Positions 54,144-64,000 of a stretch of DNA of 64,000 bases are shown here, in pieces. The stretch comes from Lama guanicoe (taxonomy: Eukaryota). Below the pieces are notes generated by a model. The model did no database searches. It saw only the letters and a program-made list of their open reading frames with translations, and was not told where the DNA came from. The DNA is taken from positions 2,764,282 to 2,828,281 of the forward strand of contig MU054400.1 in NCBI GenBank assembly GCA_013239625.1, written 5' to 3'. The translations under genes and the position numbers were made by a program. The first letter of the stretch is position 1; each line of letters begins with the position of its first letter.

Positions 54144-54608
54144 CATCTGCAGCAACATGGATGGACATAGAGATGATCACACTAAGTGAAGTCAGTCAGA
54201 CAGAGAAAGACGAGTATTATATGACATCACTTCTGTGTGGAAGCTAAAAAATGACACAAAATGAACTTATTGACAAAACAGAAAGAGAAAGACATAGAAA
54301 ACAAACGTATGGTTACCAAAGGGGTAGCAGGGGAGGGATAAATTGGGAGTTTGAGATTAGCAGAAACAAACTACTGTATTCAGAATAGATAAACAATAGG
54401 GTCTTACTGTTCAGTACAGGGAGCTATATTCAGTAACTTGTAATAACCTACAATGAAAAAGAACATGAAAAAGAATATATATATATATTCAGTTATATAT
54501 TCAGATATATATGTATATATATATATCTGAATCACTGTGCTGTACACCAGAAACTAACACAACATTGTAAATTAACTATACTTGGATTAAAAAATAAAAC
54601 AAAACAAA
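54144..54608 (+). mobile_element. 5'-truncated LINE-1 (end of ORF2 and full 3' UTR)
   Basis: gcagcaacatggatggac...actaagtgaagtcagtcagacagagaaagac...gctgtacaccagaaactaacacaacattgtaaa + A-rich tail; degenerate TSD agaactgcatctcct / aaagctacatcttct. Confidence 0.92.
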
Positions 54609-54819
54609 GCTACATCTTCTACCACTCACTGGGCATATCTGAAGTCCGCTGTAGGGCATGACACCCTGTGTATATTCTTTTTTCTGGCATTTCCTCAGAA
54701 GGATTATTATATCCTGTTTTCAATGTAGAAATCAGAGAATTGGATTTGAGAATAACAGCATCTATTTTTACCCCCTAGCTCCAAAAAGAACACTTAGCTT
54801 TGTTTTTATTTTTCTCATT

Positions 54820-55000
54820 GAGTTTCTACCCTGTCCTGAGTTCTATGCTAAGCGCTTAATATATATAATCTCTCTTCGTTCTTCAGCACAGCTTTGTGAG
54901 ATAAGGCATCCTTATCTTTATTTTTCAAATGGAGCCCCTGAGACCCAGGGAGGTTATTTCACTTGCCTGAGGCCACGTTCTTCCTACGAGATAAAGCTGA
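54820..55000 (-). mobile_element. MIR SINE
   Basis: ctgagacccagggaggttatttcacttgcctgaggccac. Confidence 0.65.
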
Positions 55001-56864
55001 GGCGACCTCAGGACAGCCATGCCCAGCTCTCTGACCTGGCCTCATTTCTGCTTTTGTTTATTTTCTGTGACCTTTTCTATCTCAATATTTTCTTTCTCTC
55101 CCTCATTCATTTGGCAAATGTCATCTATTGGGACTGACCGCAAACAAACATAGCCGGGTGACAGCCCTTAGAAGGAAATATTCAGGTTTAAGTAGATGGG
55201 ACTACACACATGCTAAGTTCTGAAACTTGGGTGAAGTCAGAAAAGAGGCTAGCGACCTCATCTCCAAGAGTGGTTTTCAGTAGGATGGATGCTTTTCCGG
55301 CCAGCCCTCACGGGATGTGGATAACCTCCCCTGTGACTCTGAAAGGCTCAGTGGGAGAGGGGGCGCTGTGCCCGGTGCTTTGTGTCCGTTTGTCTCTCTT
55401 GGGCTTCTTGATGGCACCATCTGTTAAATGTCATTGACCCCTTCTAAACATGAAGAAGCCAGAGGCTTAGCAATGCTACATGACGTGCCCAAGGCCACGA
55501 GGCTTGTTGGAGGTGAAACTAATTAAAACACAACAGCTTGGCTCTGGCATCCAAAATCTACATGCCAAAACTGTCTCAGAACAAATTCCTCAGAACACCA
55601 GCAGGACGAGGGGCTGGTTTCTGTAGTCCTGTGGTCAGATATAGAGAACTCAGCACCCTGCAGCCGCCTCTCAGACTCAGGGTGCACAAAGACCTGTTAA
55701 AGACCTAGTGTCAGGGTGAACAGAGACCACCTGTCAGAAACCATCTCAGTTGAGATGGTCCTCAGTAATCCTTTGCATCTGTTTCACCCAGGATTTTCTG
55801 AGCATATTTGACCACAGAAATCTCTTTAAAAGTAAGCCACTCAGCTCCTGAGAAATGAGTGTGCGGGATACTAAAATCTACCTTACTGCCTCCTGGGCTG
55901 TCTTTTTGTAAAGAGAAATGAAAACGGAGAGGGTAGGAAAGAGAAGAGAAGACAAAAGAAAGGGAAGAAGGAGACAGTGGAAGGAGGAAAAGGTTTAAAG
56001 TAAAAGTGCTACCAAGTAGTTCCTGATAAAGTTCTAAAATACATTTCCACCTCTCTTTTATTTCTGGGCCCTCACCTATGCTTTTCAAATTGGGTCACCA
56101 ACTTTTCCCCAAGTGAATAAGATGAGACAGAAAGACTGATTCCTTTGGGCTGATGACAATCTTTAAAAAGTGGTCCCTGAGGCCAGAGGCTGCCTGTGCA
56201 GGTGATGGAGACCCACCGCCAAGATGAGGGAGTTGGGAAGTGGCCAGGGGTCTGGGTCTTGAGGCACCCAACCTACCCCCTCATTTCCCAGCAGGACTTC
56301 CTCGGCATCCAAAGCAAGAGAATGACAGGGTGGGGACCAGAGTGCAGGCCCCTCACTCCCTGCCCACTGGTTTTCCATCACAGCACACTTGCTTTTTCAG
56401 AGTCAGTCTTCTGTCCACAGATTATTTTCTCTTTTCCCTGTTATGCTTAACTCGTCAGCATTAGCTTAGCCAGAGATACAGTGATCAGCATCAGAAACCA
56501 TAAAATTGTAATTTGTCCTGTTTATTTTATTCTTGCTACAGTCAAAAGACCCCACATCACCTGGCAAGATCTTCTCCTGCATATTCCCTTTGCTCCTTGT
56601 TCTTTGAATAGAACATGCTTGTAATTTACAGTGAAGGATAATTCATAACAAATATTGACGTTCTCCGCCAGTAAGTATGCAAGCACTCAGAATCAGGTGC
56701 TCAGGAATTTGTTTTGGTATTCTTTTCCTAAACTAATGTAGTAGTTCTAGGATTCATATGGACTCCTTGGGTTGTTGTAGATATTTTTGTTAAAAATCCT
56801 AGCATTTATGCAAATATTAGAGCATTGACATGCATAGAAGTTATATTTAGTTGCTGTTAGAACC

Positions 56865-57027
56865 TTGCTATGAAAGCGTGGTTCTTGGACCAGCATCTTG
56901 AGCATCACTGGGGAACTTGTTAAAAAAATAGACTCTTAGGCCTCATCCTGGACCTACTGAGTTCAAATCTGCATTTTAATGAGATTCCCAGGGGATTTAT
57001 TTGTCATTAAAGTTGGAGAAGCCCTGC
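56865..57027. mobile_element. MER5A MITE
   Basis: gcatcactggggaacttgtta...gacctactga...aatctgcattttaa...ttaaagttggagaagccctg. Confidence 0.8.
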
Positions 57028-57293
57028 CTTAGAGGACGTAAAGGACATTAAGGTCAATCATCATTTTGTTTATGTTCATTTTCCCTAGTTTCACATGGCT
57101 GCCTTTAATAGAGTGCAGCAGCTCTGCACTTTCCATCCCAGTAACTTCATTGTGGGCTGTCTTATACGTTATTGCCCAAGAGAGCTGTAAAGAATCTCTG
57201 AGGCACACAGTTAGTCCTCATTAGTAGGTAGGTAAGTAGACAGAGATTTAAGTATAGATATACGTTGTTTTTTAAAAGCTTATTAGTAGCAGG

Positions 57294-57741
57294 TATTGAG
57301 AACTGTGAAGGGTCTGAGATTTTACTCTACTTGCAGACTGACAGGTTGGTTTGCCACAGCGTCACAGATGACAGCAGAAGACATGAAACTCGCAGGTCAG
57401 AGACCTGGGACTTAATGACTAATTCCACAGGAAGTGGCGTGAGCAGCGGGTTTCCGTCAGTTCTGTCTGCCCCACATCTCACGGGGGGTGATGCAGGTGG
57501 ACCCAGATGGAAGCCTGCACATTTTCTGGATGGTGTTATAGAAAAGGAACCCTGAATTTGGGGAATCTGAATCTTTTTAAGGGGGCAGTAAACATGCTTT
57601 CCCTTTGCTCTGGAGACATTATCTCCTAAGGCGGTTCACTGTACAGACATCCTTAAAATGATAATGCAGAACACATGGTTGTGAGTCCCTCTGTAAGATA
57701 CACAGAAATGCAAGGAACCTATGGAGTGCCAACTCTCAACA
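57294..57741. mobile_element. Solo ERV LTR, family uncertain
   Basis: 448 bp with inverted termini tattgaga...tctcaaca and similar flanks gcagg/atagg; internal tctgagattttactctacttgca motif recalled from eutherian LTRs. Confidence 0.6.
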
Positions 57742-58354
57742 ATAGGTATCAGAACACCTTTATTAATAGGTTTTAGGGCCAATAAATATTTTTGGAAGCC
57801 ATGGGAAATATGTTTCTGAATCCCTAGATTGTACTAAGGATTTTTTTCTGTCAGGAGGACTCTGGGAGGTAACTAACATGCAGTCTGGGCATTCAGCTAA
57901 GCCCCTTTCAGGGGGGGAGAAATTAGACTAAGAAAACAGAAGGTTTGTGCATTATAAATAGTGGAGTCACCCGTGGCCCTTTGCAGTGTTGCATTTAAGT
58001 CCTGAACTTGTTCTTATCCTCAGGTTTGAGAGATACGACACAATTCAGAGAGCCGTGAAGGGACGCAGAGAGATGTTTAACACATTGACCAGTAGTAGTA
58101 GGGAGACTAGCAGAGGTAGATTTGGGCTAATGGTCACTTTCTAATACAGCAGTTTTGATGTCTGTGAATGGATTGTCTTGCAAAGTAGTTGATTTCCTTT
58201 TGCACGGAGTGTCTAAGTAGAGACTTAAACTTTCCAGAAAATTGTGGGAATTGTAGAAGAGATTTCTGCTTTGACTTCTAGAGTTTTTCTCTGCTCTCAA
58301 AGAATTTAAGACTTTGGAGAAGAGAAAATTGGAACAGTTTTACAAAGCATATGA

Positions 58355-58540
58355 CAATGGTATACTAATGTTTAACAGTTCGAAGGAGTGGAGTGGGGTT
58401 GGGGCCGGATTTGTAGTGTTTGCTGATTTCTGTGGTGTCACTATTGCCACCATGGCTGATTTCAAGCTACCAGTGTGAAGTCGACAGCTCACAAAATTCC
58501 TGAAAATTTAACAAACCAGTATGAGCTGGCTCAGCCATCC
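58355..58540. mobile_element. MER63-like hAT-Blackjack MITE
   Basis: gatttgtagtgtttgctgatttctgtggtgt...ccaccatggctgatttcaagctacca...aaattcctgaaaatttaaca. Confidence 0.75.
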
Positions 58541-60608
58541 ATCGCAAAACAATCATAATTAGCAATTTTTTTGACAGTGAAGGTGGTTTGATCATGAAGG
58601 TTTGCTTGCAGAAACTTCTTTTTCAAGGTCTTTCATGATAATGTATATTCTCTTTGCCCCCGGCAATTTATAGATGGACTTAACCTCAAGGCAGGATGAC
58701 AGCCCAAATGATTTTTTTTGAGGCTCATTTCAATGGTATGATTTCATTTTTTTAAAGTCTTCCTTGACGTGGTGAGTATCACCAGCCTGGCTACTTGCTT
58801 CCTTTAAATGAACCACCTGCCAGCTCAGCAAATTTCTCTTCTATGGAAAGGCCTGTAGGTGCAGTCTGATTGTCACTTGATGTTTCTAAAAGAGCAGGAG
58901 ACTCTTCAGGCACCAACCAGTGATGCTCCTTATCACTGGGTGATTCGTAGAATTACAATGATCACCAATTCACGAACAAGGCACCTGCCTTGGTGGTTGG
59001 ACTGGGAGTGTGTAAATTCTCTTTGCACTAATCAGGCTTTATGCCTCTTCAAGAGACTTACCCTAGAATTCCTGTTGGGCTCAGTTTGGCTGCAGCGTGA
59101 AGTTCCTCGCTGGAGTGCTTTATTGCTGTGTTGACAGAAACATTTTCCCAGAGAGCTGAAGTGTGAGCCCGGACACTGCAGCCCCAGGGAGGCTCACGGT
59201 GAGCAGGTGGCTCTCCTGCAAGGACTGCCCAGCGCATGCTGACGGACTCGGCTTCAGGGGCACCCCTGTGATGTTCCCCTCTTCTGGCCTATCTATGCCC
59301 ATCATGTGGCACCTGACACAATGGCCTGATTTACTCTCAACTGCCTGCTCTCCCCTGGGCCACAGAAGGAAAAGTAGGAGGAGCCAGCTTGCAGTGCTCA
59401 GCCTGCCCCATGGAGATGAGCTTTTCCTGGCCTCCAGCTCTACCCAGACCTGTCTCTTCTTCCCCCAGCATCTGCCAGAAGGGAGGACCTTGACTGTAAT
59501 GCAGATCCGAGTGCCTCCTTCCCTCTCCCTTGGGTGGTATTGATTGGGAGGCTTCAATTATTTACCAGATTTACCAAGTGTTCATCTTGCCACGGTCTCT
59601 GGGCACATGGATGAGAGCAAAAATATTAACGAGTAATAATAGCAAAAAAGCCCACCAAACATAGATATACATTCCAGGGGGTCTACATCCACTTCATTGG
59701 AGACCTGGCAACGTTAATTCAGAGCTTCCATCACAACTTGGTTTTTTTCTAATCATAAGATGCACACATTTCCACGAGGGCTTGTTTTCCAGCATAAAGC
59801 AAATGCATTAACAAGCAAAGAGGTGGAACACCTAGATTTGCTGTTTAGGCTAAAGCCAAATTGAAAAGACAACTTATCTGCCATCATCGAGATGTCAGTT
59901 TCCACCAACCCCCTCACTCCCATCTTCCCTTTTTTGGTGGAGGCAAAAATAGAAGTAAATTTTTAAAAAGAGGGCTTTGCGTTGTCCCAGATTTTTGTCT
60001 AGACACACTGAGACAAATTAGCTGCAGGAGTTTTCTGCTCTGCAAGAGGGGAAGAGTCTCTGAGCAGGGTGTACAATGCCAGGCCATATATCTGCTGCAC
60101 CATTGGCCCCGTCAAGGGAATAGCACAGTAGGGATGTGTTGTTTTGAGCTGGGTGGTGATAACGTACTCGCTCCTCAGATGTTCAGGAATAGGAAGGTGA
60201 GGCGTTTAGTTAGAAGAGTGTGTAAGTTTGAAGGACTTTTCTCCGTGTATTGGATCTGAAATCCTAATGCCGTGTTGGACTTCCTCTCTGGAGAAGCCTC
60301 CCTCTGTAGTTGTATCCTCTGCTGAGAAAAGCAAACAGCAGAGGGTACCAAGAAGAAATCAGGACACTTCTGACTGCAGCCACCAGCAATAACAACCTAC
60401 ACCACTAGTGGATCAGAGAAGCACCCCTAGCAGCTAGATTTTGCAAATAGAAAATAAGTCATGATAAGTGGGCCTATGCTTTTTTTCCTCTTAAAAATCT
60501 AGTTGTGATTACTCCGCTTGCCATTAGAGACCCTCTGGGCTGAGGTACATGTCAGAGTTCTACGAGTACAGGAGAAGGAAAAAAACACTTGAGCTGTCCT
60601 CTTAAAAC

Positions 60609-60831
60609 AGAAGTGGTTAAACTGTGGCCCACAGGTCAAATCTGGCCCACTGTTTGTTTTTATAAATAAAGTTTTATTGGAATACAGTCCCACCTGTTCC
60701 GTTATTGATTGGCTACGGCTGCTTTCATGTTACAGCATTAGAACTGAGCAGTTGTGATCAAAACTTTATAGCTCAAAAAGCCTGAAATATATACTGTCTG
60801 GTCCTTTACAGAAAAAGTTTGCTGACCCCTG
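60609..60831. mobile_element. MER58A MITE
   Basis: aactgtggcccacaggtcaaatctggccc...aataaagttttattggaa...aaaagtttgctgacccctg. Confidence 0.88.
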
Positions 60832-61191
60832 CCTTACAAGAACAAACAAGCAGAATACCTAATAAAATAGCAACCCACCATTCAGCACTCTACATATTTT
60901 GTAACGGGTTGCTGGTCTGACTTCCTTTAGGCAGGTGTGCAAGCAGTGAGATGGGAGCCGAGCGAAGTTCTAACTGAGGGGAGTCCCAAGGCCCAACCCT
61001 CTATTCCAACTTTACCTTAAGAGTCTGTGATTCCCACTTGGATGCTTCTGCTTTACATAAAAAACTGAAGACTTCAGAAAGAGAATGAGATATGTTCAAA
61101 GCTACCATCAGGGTCAGGGGTGGTGCTAGACCTCACTGATTAATAGTCTTAATCGATCTATTGATTTATAGTTAAGAATAAGTATATCAGA

Positions 61192-61354
61192 TGGCTATAG
61201 ACAGAAATATAAACTATTATACTTGGTATTTTTCTTTTTTTTTTGGTAAAGAAAAAAATGAGAAGTTTTCTGGCTCATAGACAGAAATATAAACTATTGC
61301 AGCTGGAATTTTTTCTTCTATCTTTTTTGAAAAGAAAAAAATGAGAAGTTCTCT
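61192..61354. repeat. Two-copy ~80 bp tandem duplication
   Basis: atagacagaaatataaactatt at 61197 and 61277; aaagaaaaaaatgagaagtt at 61248 and 61331. Confidence 0.9.
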
Positions 61355-64000
61355 GTCTTGGATGGGTTGGGGATAATCTCAGGAATATGGATGACTTTGT
61401 GTGATACATTCTTGGTTGGGAAACAAAAACAGGAATGATACTGATATGGATTCTCTTAGAAATTCTGTATTTGAGTCCTTTTCGACTGTGTTTGTTAAAG
61501 CTTTACACTGAGTTTATTTTTAATAAAAGACCATCAGAATTCACACTATGAAATGGTAGATGGGTGATCTTCGTGTATTCCATTGTCTTGTCTTCCTCTT
61601 TTCATAGTTTTTCTGAAGAAGACCAGCCCTGTTTCTGTCTTCTGGTGTCCAAACCTTACATATGCAAAATACCTTTGTAGTCCAGATGTTTGAGAAGCTG
61701 GCATTTTAAAAAAGGATAATCCTTGCTTTGAGGGAGTCTTTTAATACTTTCAGAATGTGGGAAAGTTTTAAGACAGTACCTGTTATAGCTCCCAAAATTA
61801 ATCTAAAATTAATGATAGCCCCTAAAATTAATCTTTAATTACAGCTGGGTGCTCTTAACATGTATGTTTTGTTGACACCTCTGAAGAGTTCGTAACATTC
61901 TGTGGCATATCCTGCCTCTTAGAGCATAAGAATCACCTTCTCATACTCATAACATTGTTTCATATACACAAAGCATCTAATTCGAGAACTACCTGCTAAA
62001 AGACTTAGCCTCTTCACTTCCTATTGAAAGAGTGAGTTTCCAGATTAAAACCAAATTATGTGCTTTAGCCATTTCAGTATAACAAACACTCTTTCTCTTG
62101 GACCTTGAATTTACCCAGACAGTTGAGAAATATTTATTTTCAATGAGATGAATGCCCTCTGGTGGAAACATTAGCAAATATTTGCACTTTTGTTATATTT
62201 GGGGGGCCCATGTAGGAGTGGGACAAATATATCAACTATAATCATGGGACAATGTAGGGGTATAATTGACATAGCTTAGAGAGTTCTTTATTTCTTTTAA
62301 GCATATGCCCCATTTAAGTGCAGTAAATAGAAGATAACATCAAGTTGTAGGGGTCTCTTTTACACTGACTGAAATCAAAAGATTCAACAAGGAGCTAACT
62401 AACTCCTTATTATGGTAATTCCTTTAGTGCCTTTCACTTTAACTTGGGAATCTCTTGTCTGGTAAAGTCATTTATAGCAGGGCCATTTGTAATGATTTTT
62501 TAATGGAGGACTTTTAGATAATACCTTGGAGGGTGTTTTAAAACTAAATAGTTGTGTAAGAGAGAATTGCTTAAAGGATTATCAGATAACCCGCTAGGAA
62601 AAAAAAGGCGAGTGGGAGGGAGGAGCAGGGTTTGGCCTTGAAGTTTCACGGAATGACAACTTTATGTCATCTGTCTCACTAACTGCCAGACAATTCATCT
62701 TCAGTTCAACAGGGAACGCTTACCAAACCCAGGACGTGGGCCTGCCAGGACTCCAGTTTTTAGAGGAAGCTTTATTTTGGAAATTTCTAATCTGAACACA
62801 TGCAAACTCTAGCTCTCAGAAAACTCTGTAAAATCATTTATAAGGCAGTAGAGAAGAGAGAAAGCAAGGGTTAAGTCTGAGGTTGTGACCCCTCTGTAGG
62901 GAACAGAACTGTGAGGAGAGCAGAGGCTGGTTGCATGTTCTTTTGGGTTCCCCTCTGCCCAGTTGGTACCTCGTTCTACTATGACTGTAGCTCAGGCAGG
63001 ATAACTGTAGCTTGTGCTGCTTCTGCATTTTTCCCATTTGGATGGAGCCTTTGGATGTGAAAAAAAAAATCATCAAGGACCATCTTGTGTTGAAAGATGA
63101 TGTTCTGCATACTTAATAGGCTGAATCACCCTTTCCCTTTTCAGATACAGCTCATGTCCATTAAGCTGTGGATGTGGATGATAAATACCCCGGTACTTGT
63201 CATATCACCAAGTGTCACATTTTCTGAGGCTGTGGCTTTCTCTGCCTCAGCGTTTGTAAGGGCTTGCACTCTGGAGTGAAACAGCCCAACCTGACTTTGT
63301 CCGTTAACTTGCAAGTACTTACAGGTACAGGGACAGCTTCGTTAGAATTGACTTCTGGAGAAATTATTTTTCATAAGCCAATGCCTTTAATCAAGCTCTG
63401 ATGCTTAAACCAGTGTGTTAGCCACTGGTTTGTATCCTGAAATGGATGGGAATGGGGACTTGACTTCCTTGGTGTGAAAGGTAGATCATCTAGGAGAGTC
63501 CAAGAAAGGCTTGCTGAAGCTTCTGGGAGATCTGCAAGAGCTTCTCCGCTAAATGCATGACTGTTGTCTTCCTATGAACACCCTCACACTGGCCCCCAAC
63601 CCCAATGTGAGAGACCATTAAAAAGTCTAATGGAATAAACACTCCTGATGACATTTCCTGTCATAGGTGTTTATTTAGGAAATGATGAGCAGCCTAAGAA
63701 GGGACATTTTTGTTGTACAGGAATTGACTGTCTCTTCATGACAATAGTAGTCTTTATCTTAATGTATTTTGTTGAAATCGTTTTGGATCCTAAACAGTGT
63801 TACCTGCCATGATCACTCCCATTGTTTACTCAGCTTGGCTCTGAATGAGTCTTAGCTATTTCTCTGAGTCACATTCACCCCCAGAAGCTGGATGTTTACT
63901 GTCATCCCTTCCTACTTACCTTTATTCATTTACAAACATGTGTCTATATTAAGCATTGGGTCAGATGGTTCCAACCCCAAGGAGCATATACTTTACTGGA

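Noticed and set aside
54658..55137. 159-aa ORF
   Set aside because: Largely overlaps an antisense MIR; no protein features.
59120..60259. 126-145 aa ORFs
   Set aside because: No recognisable homology, splice context or domain; treated as chance ORFs.
61785..61840. Repeated aaaattaat units as a CRISPR-like array
   Set aside because: Eukaryotic intron; three short AT-rich units with no unique spacers of regular length.

Overview
Mammalian genomic DNA from the middle of the NTRK2 (TrkB neurotrophin receptor) gene on the + strand. Six consecutive coding exons have canonical AG/GT boundaries and compatible phases (6180-6316, 6826-6958, 9095-9400, 21720-21755, 24675-24775, 35913-36012; 813 nt, 271 codons). 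They encode Ig-like domain 1, ligand-binding Ig-like domain 2, the juxtamembrane stalk and the transmembrane helix. The 5' LRR exons, the T1 exon and the kinase exons were not found in the window. The rest is intronic and rich in repeats: a ~5 kb internally deleted antisense LINE-1 with TSD nested in an L2, short L1 3' tails, MIR, L2, hAT-type MER elements, solo LTRs and one tRNA-Ala-derived SINE resembling camelid Vic-1, which suggests a camel, alpaca or llama source. Nearly all ORFs in the supplied track are spurious or L1 remnants. I see no wholly new biological system. The best leads are a TrkB.T2-like read-through tail after the TM exon, a weak-donor in-frame 36-nt exon, and a CpG-dense intronic patch. 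Repeat family names and orthologue comparisons come from recalled sequences, not database searches, and repeat coordinates are approximate.
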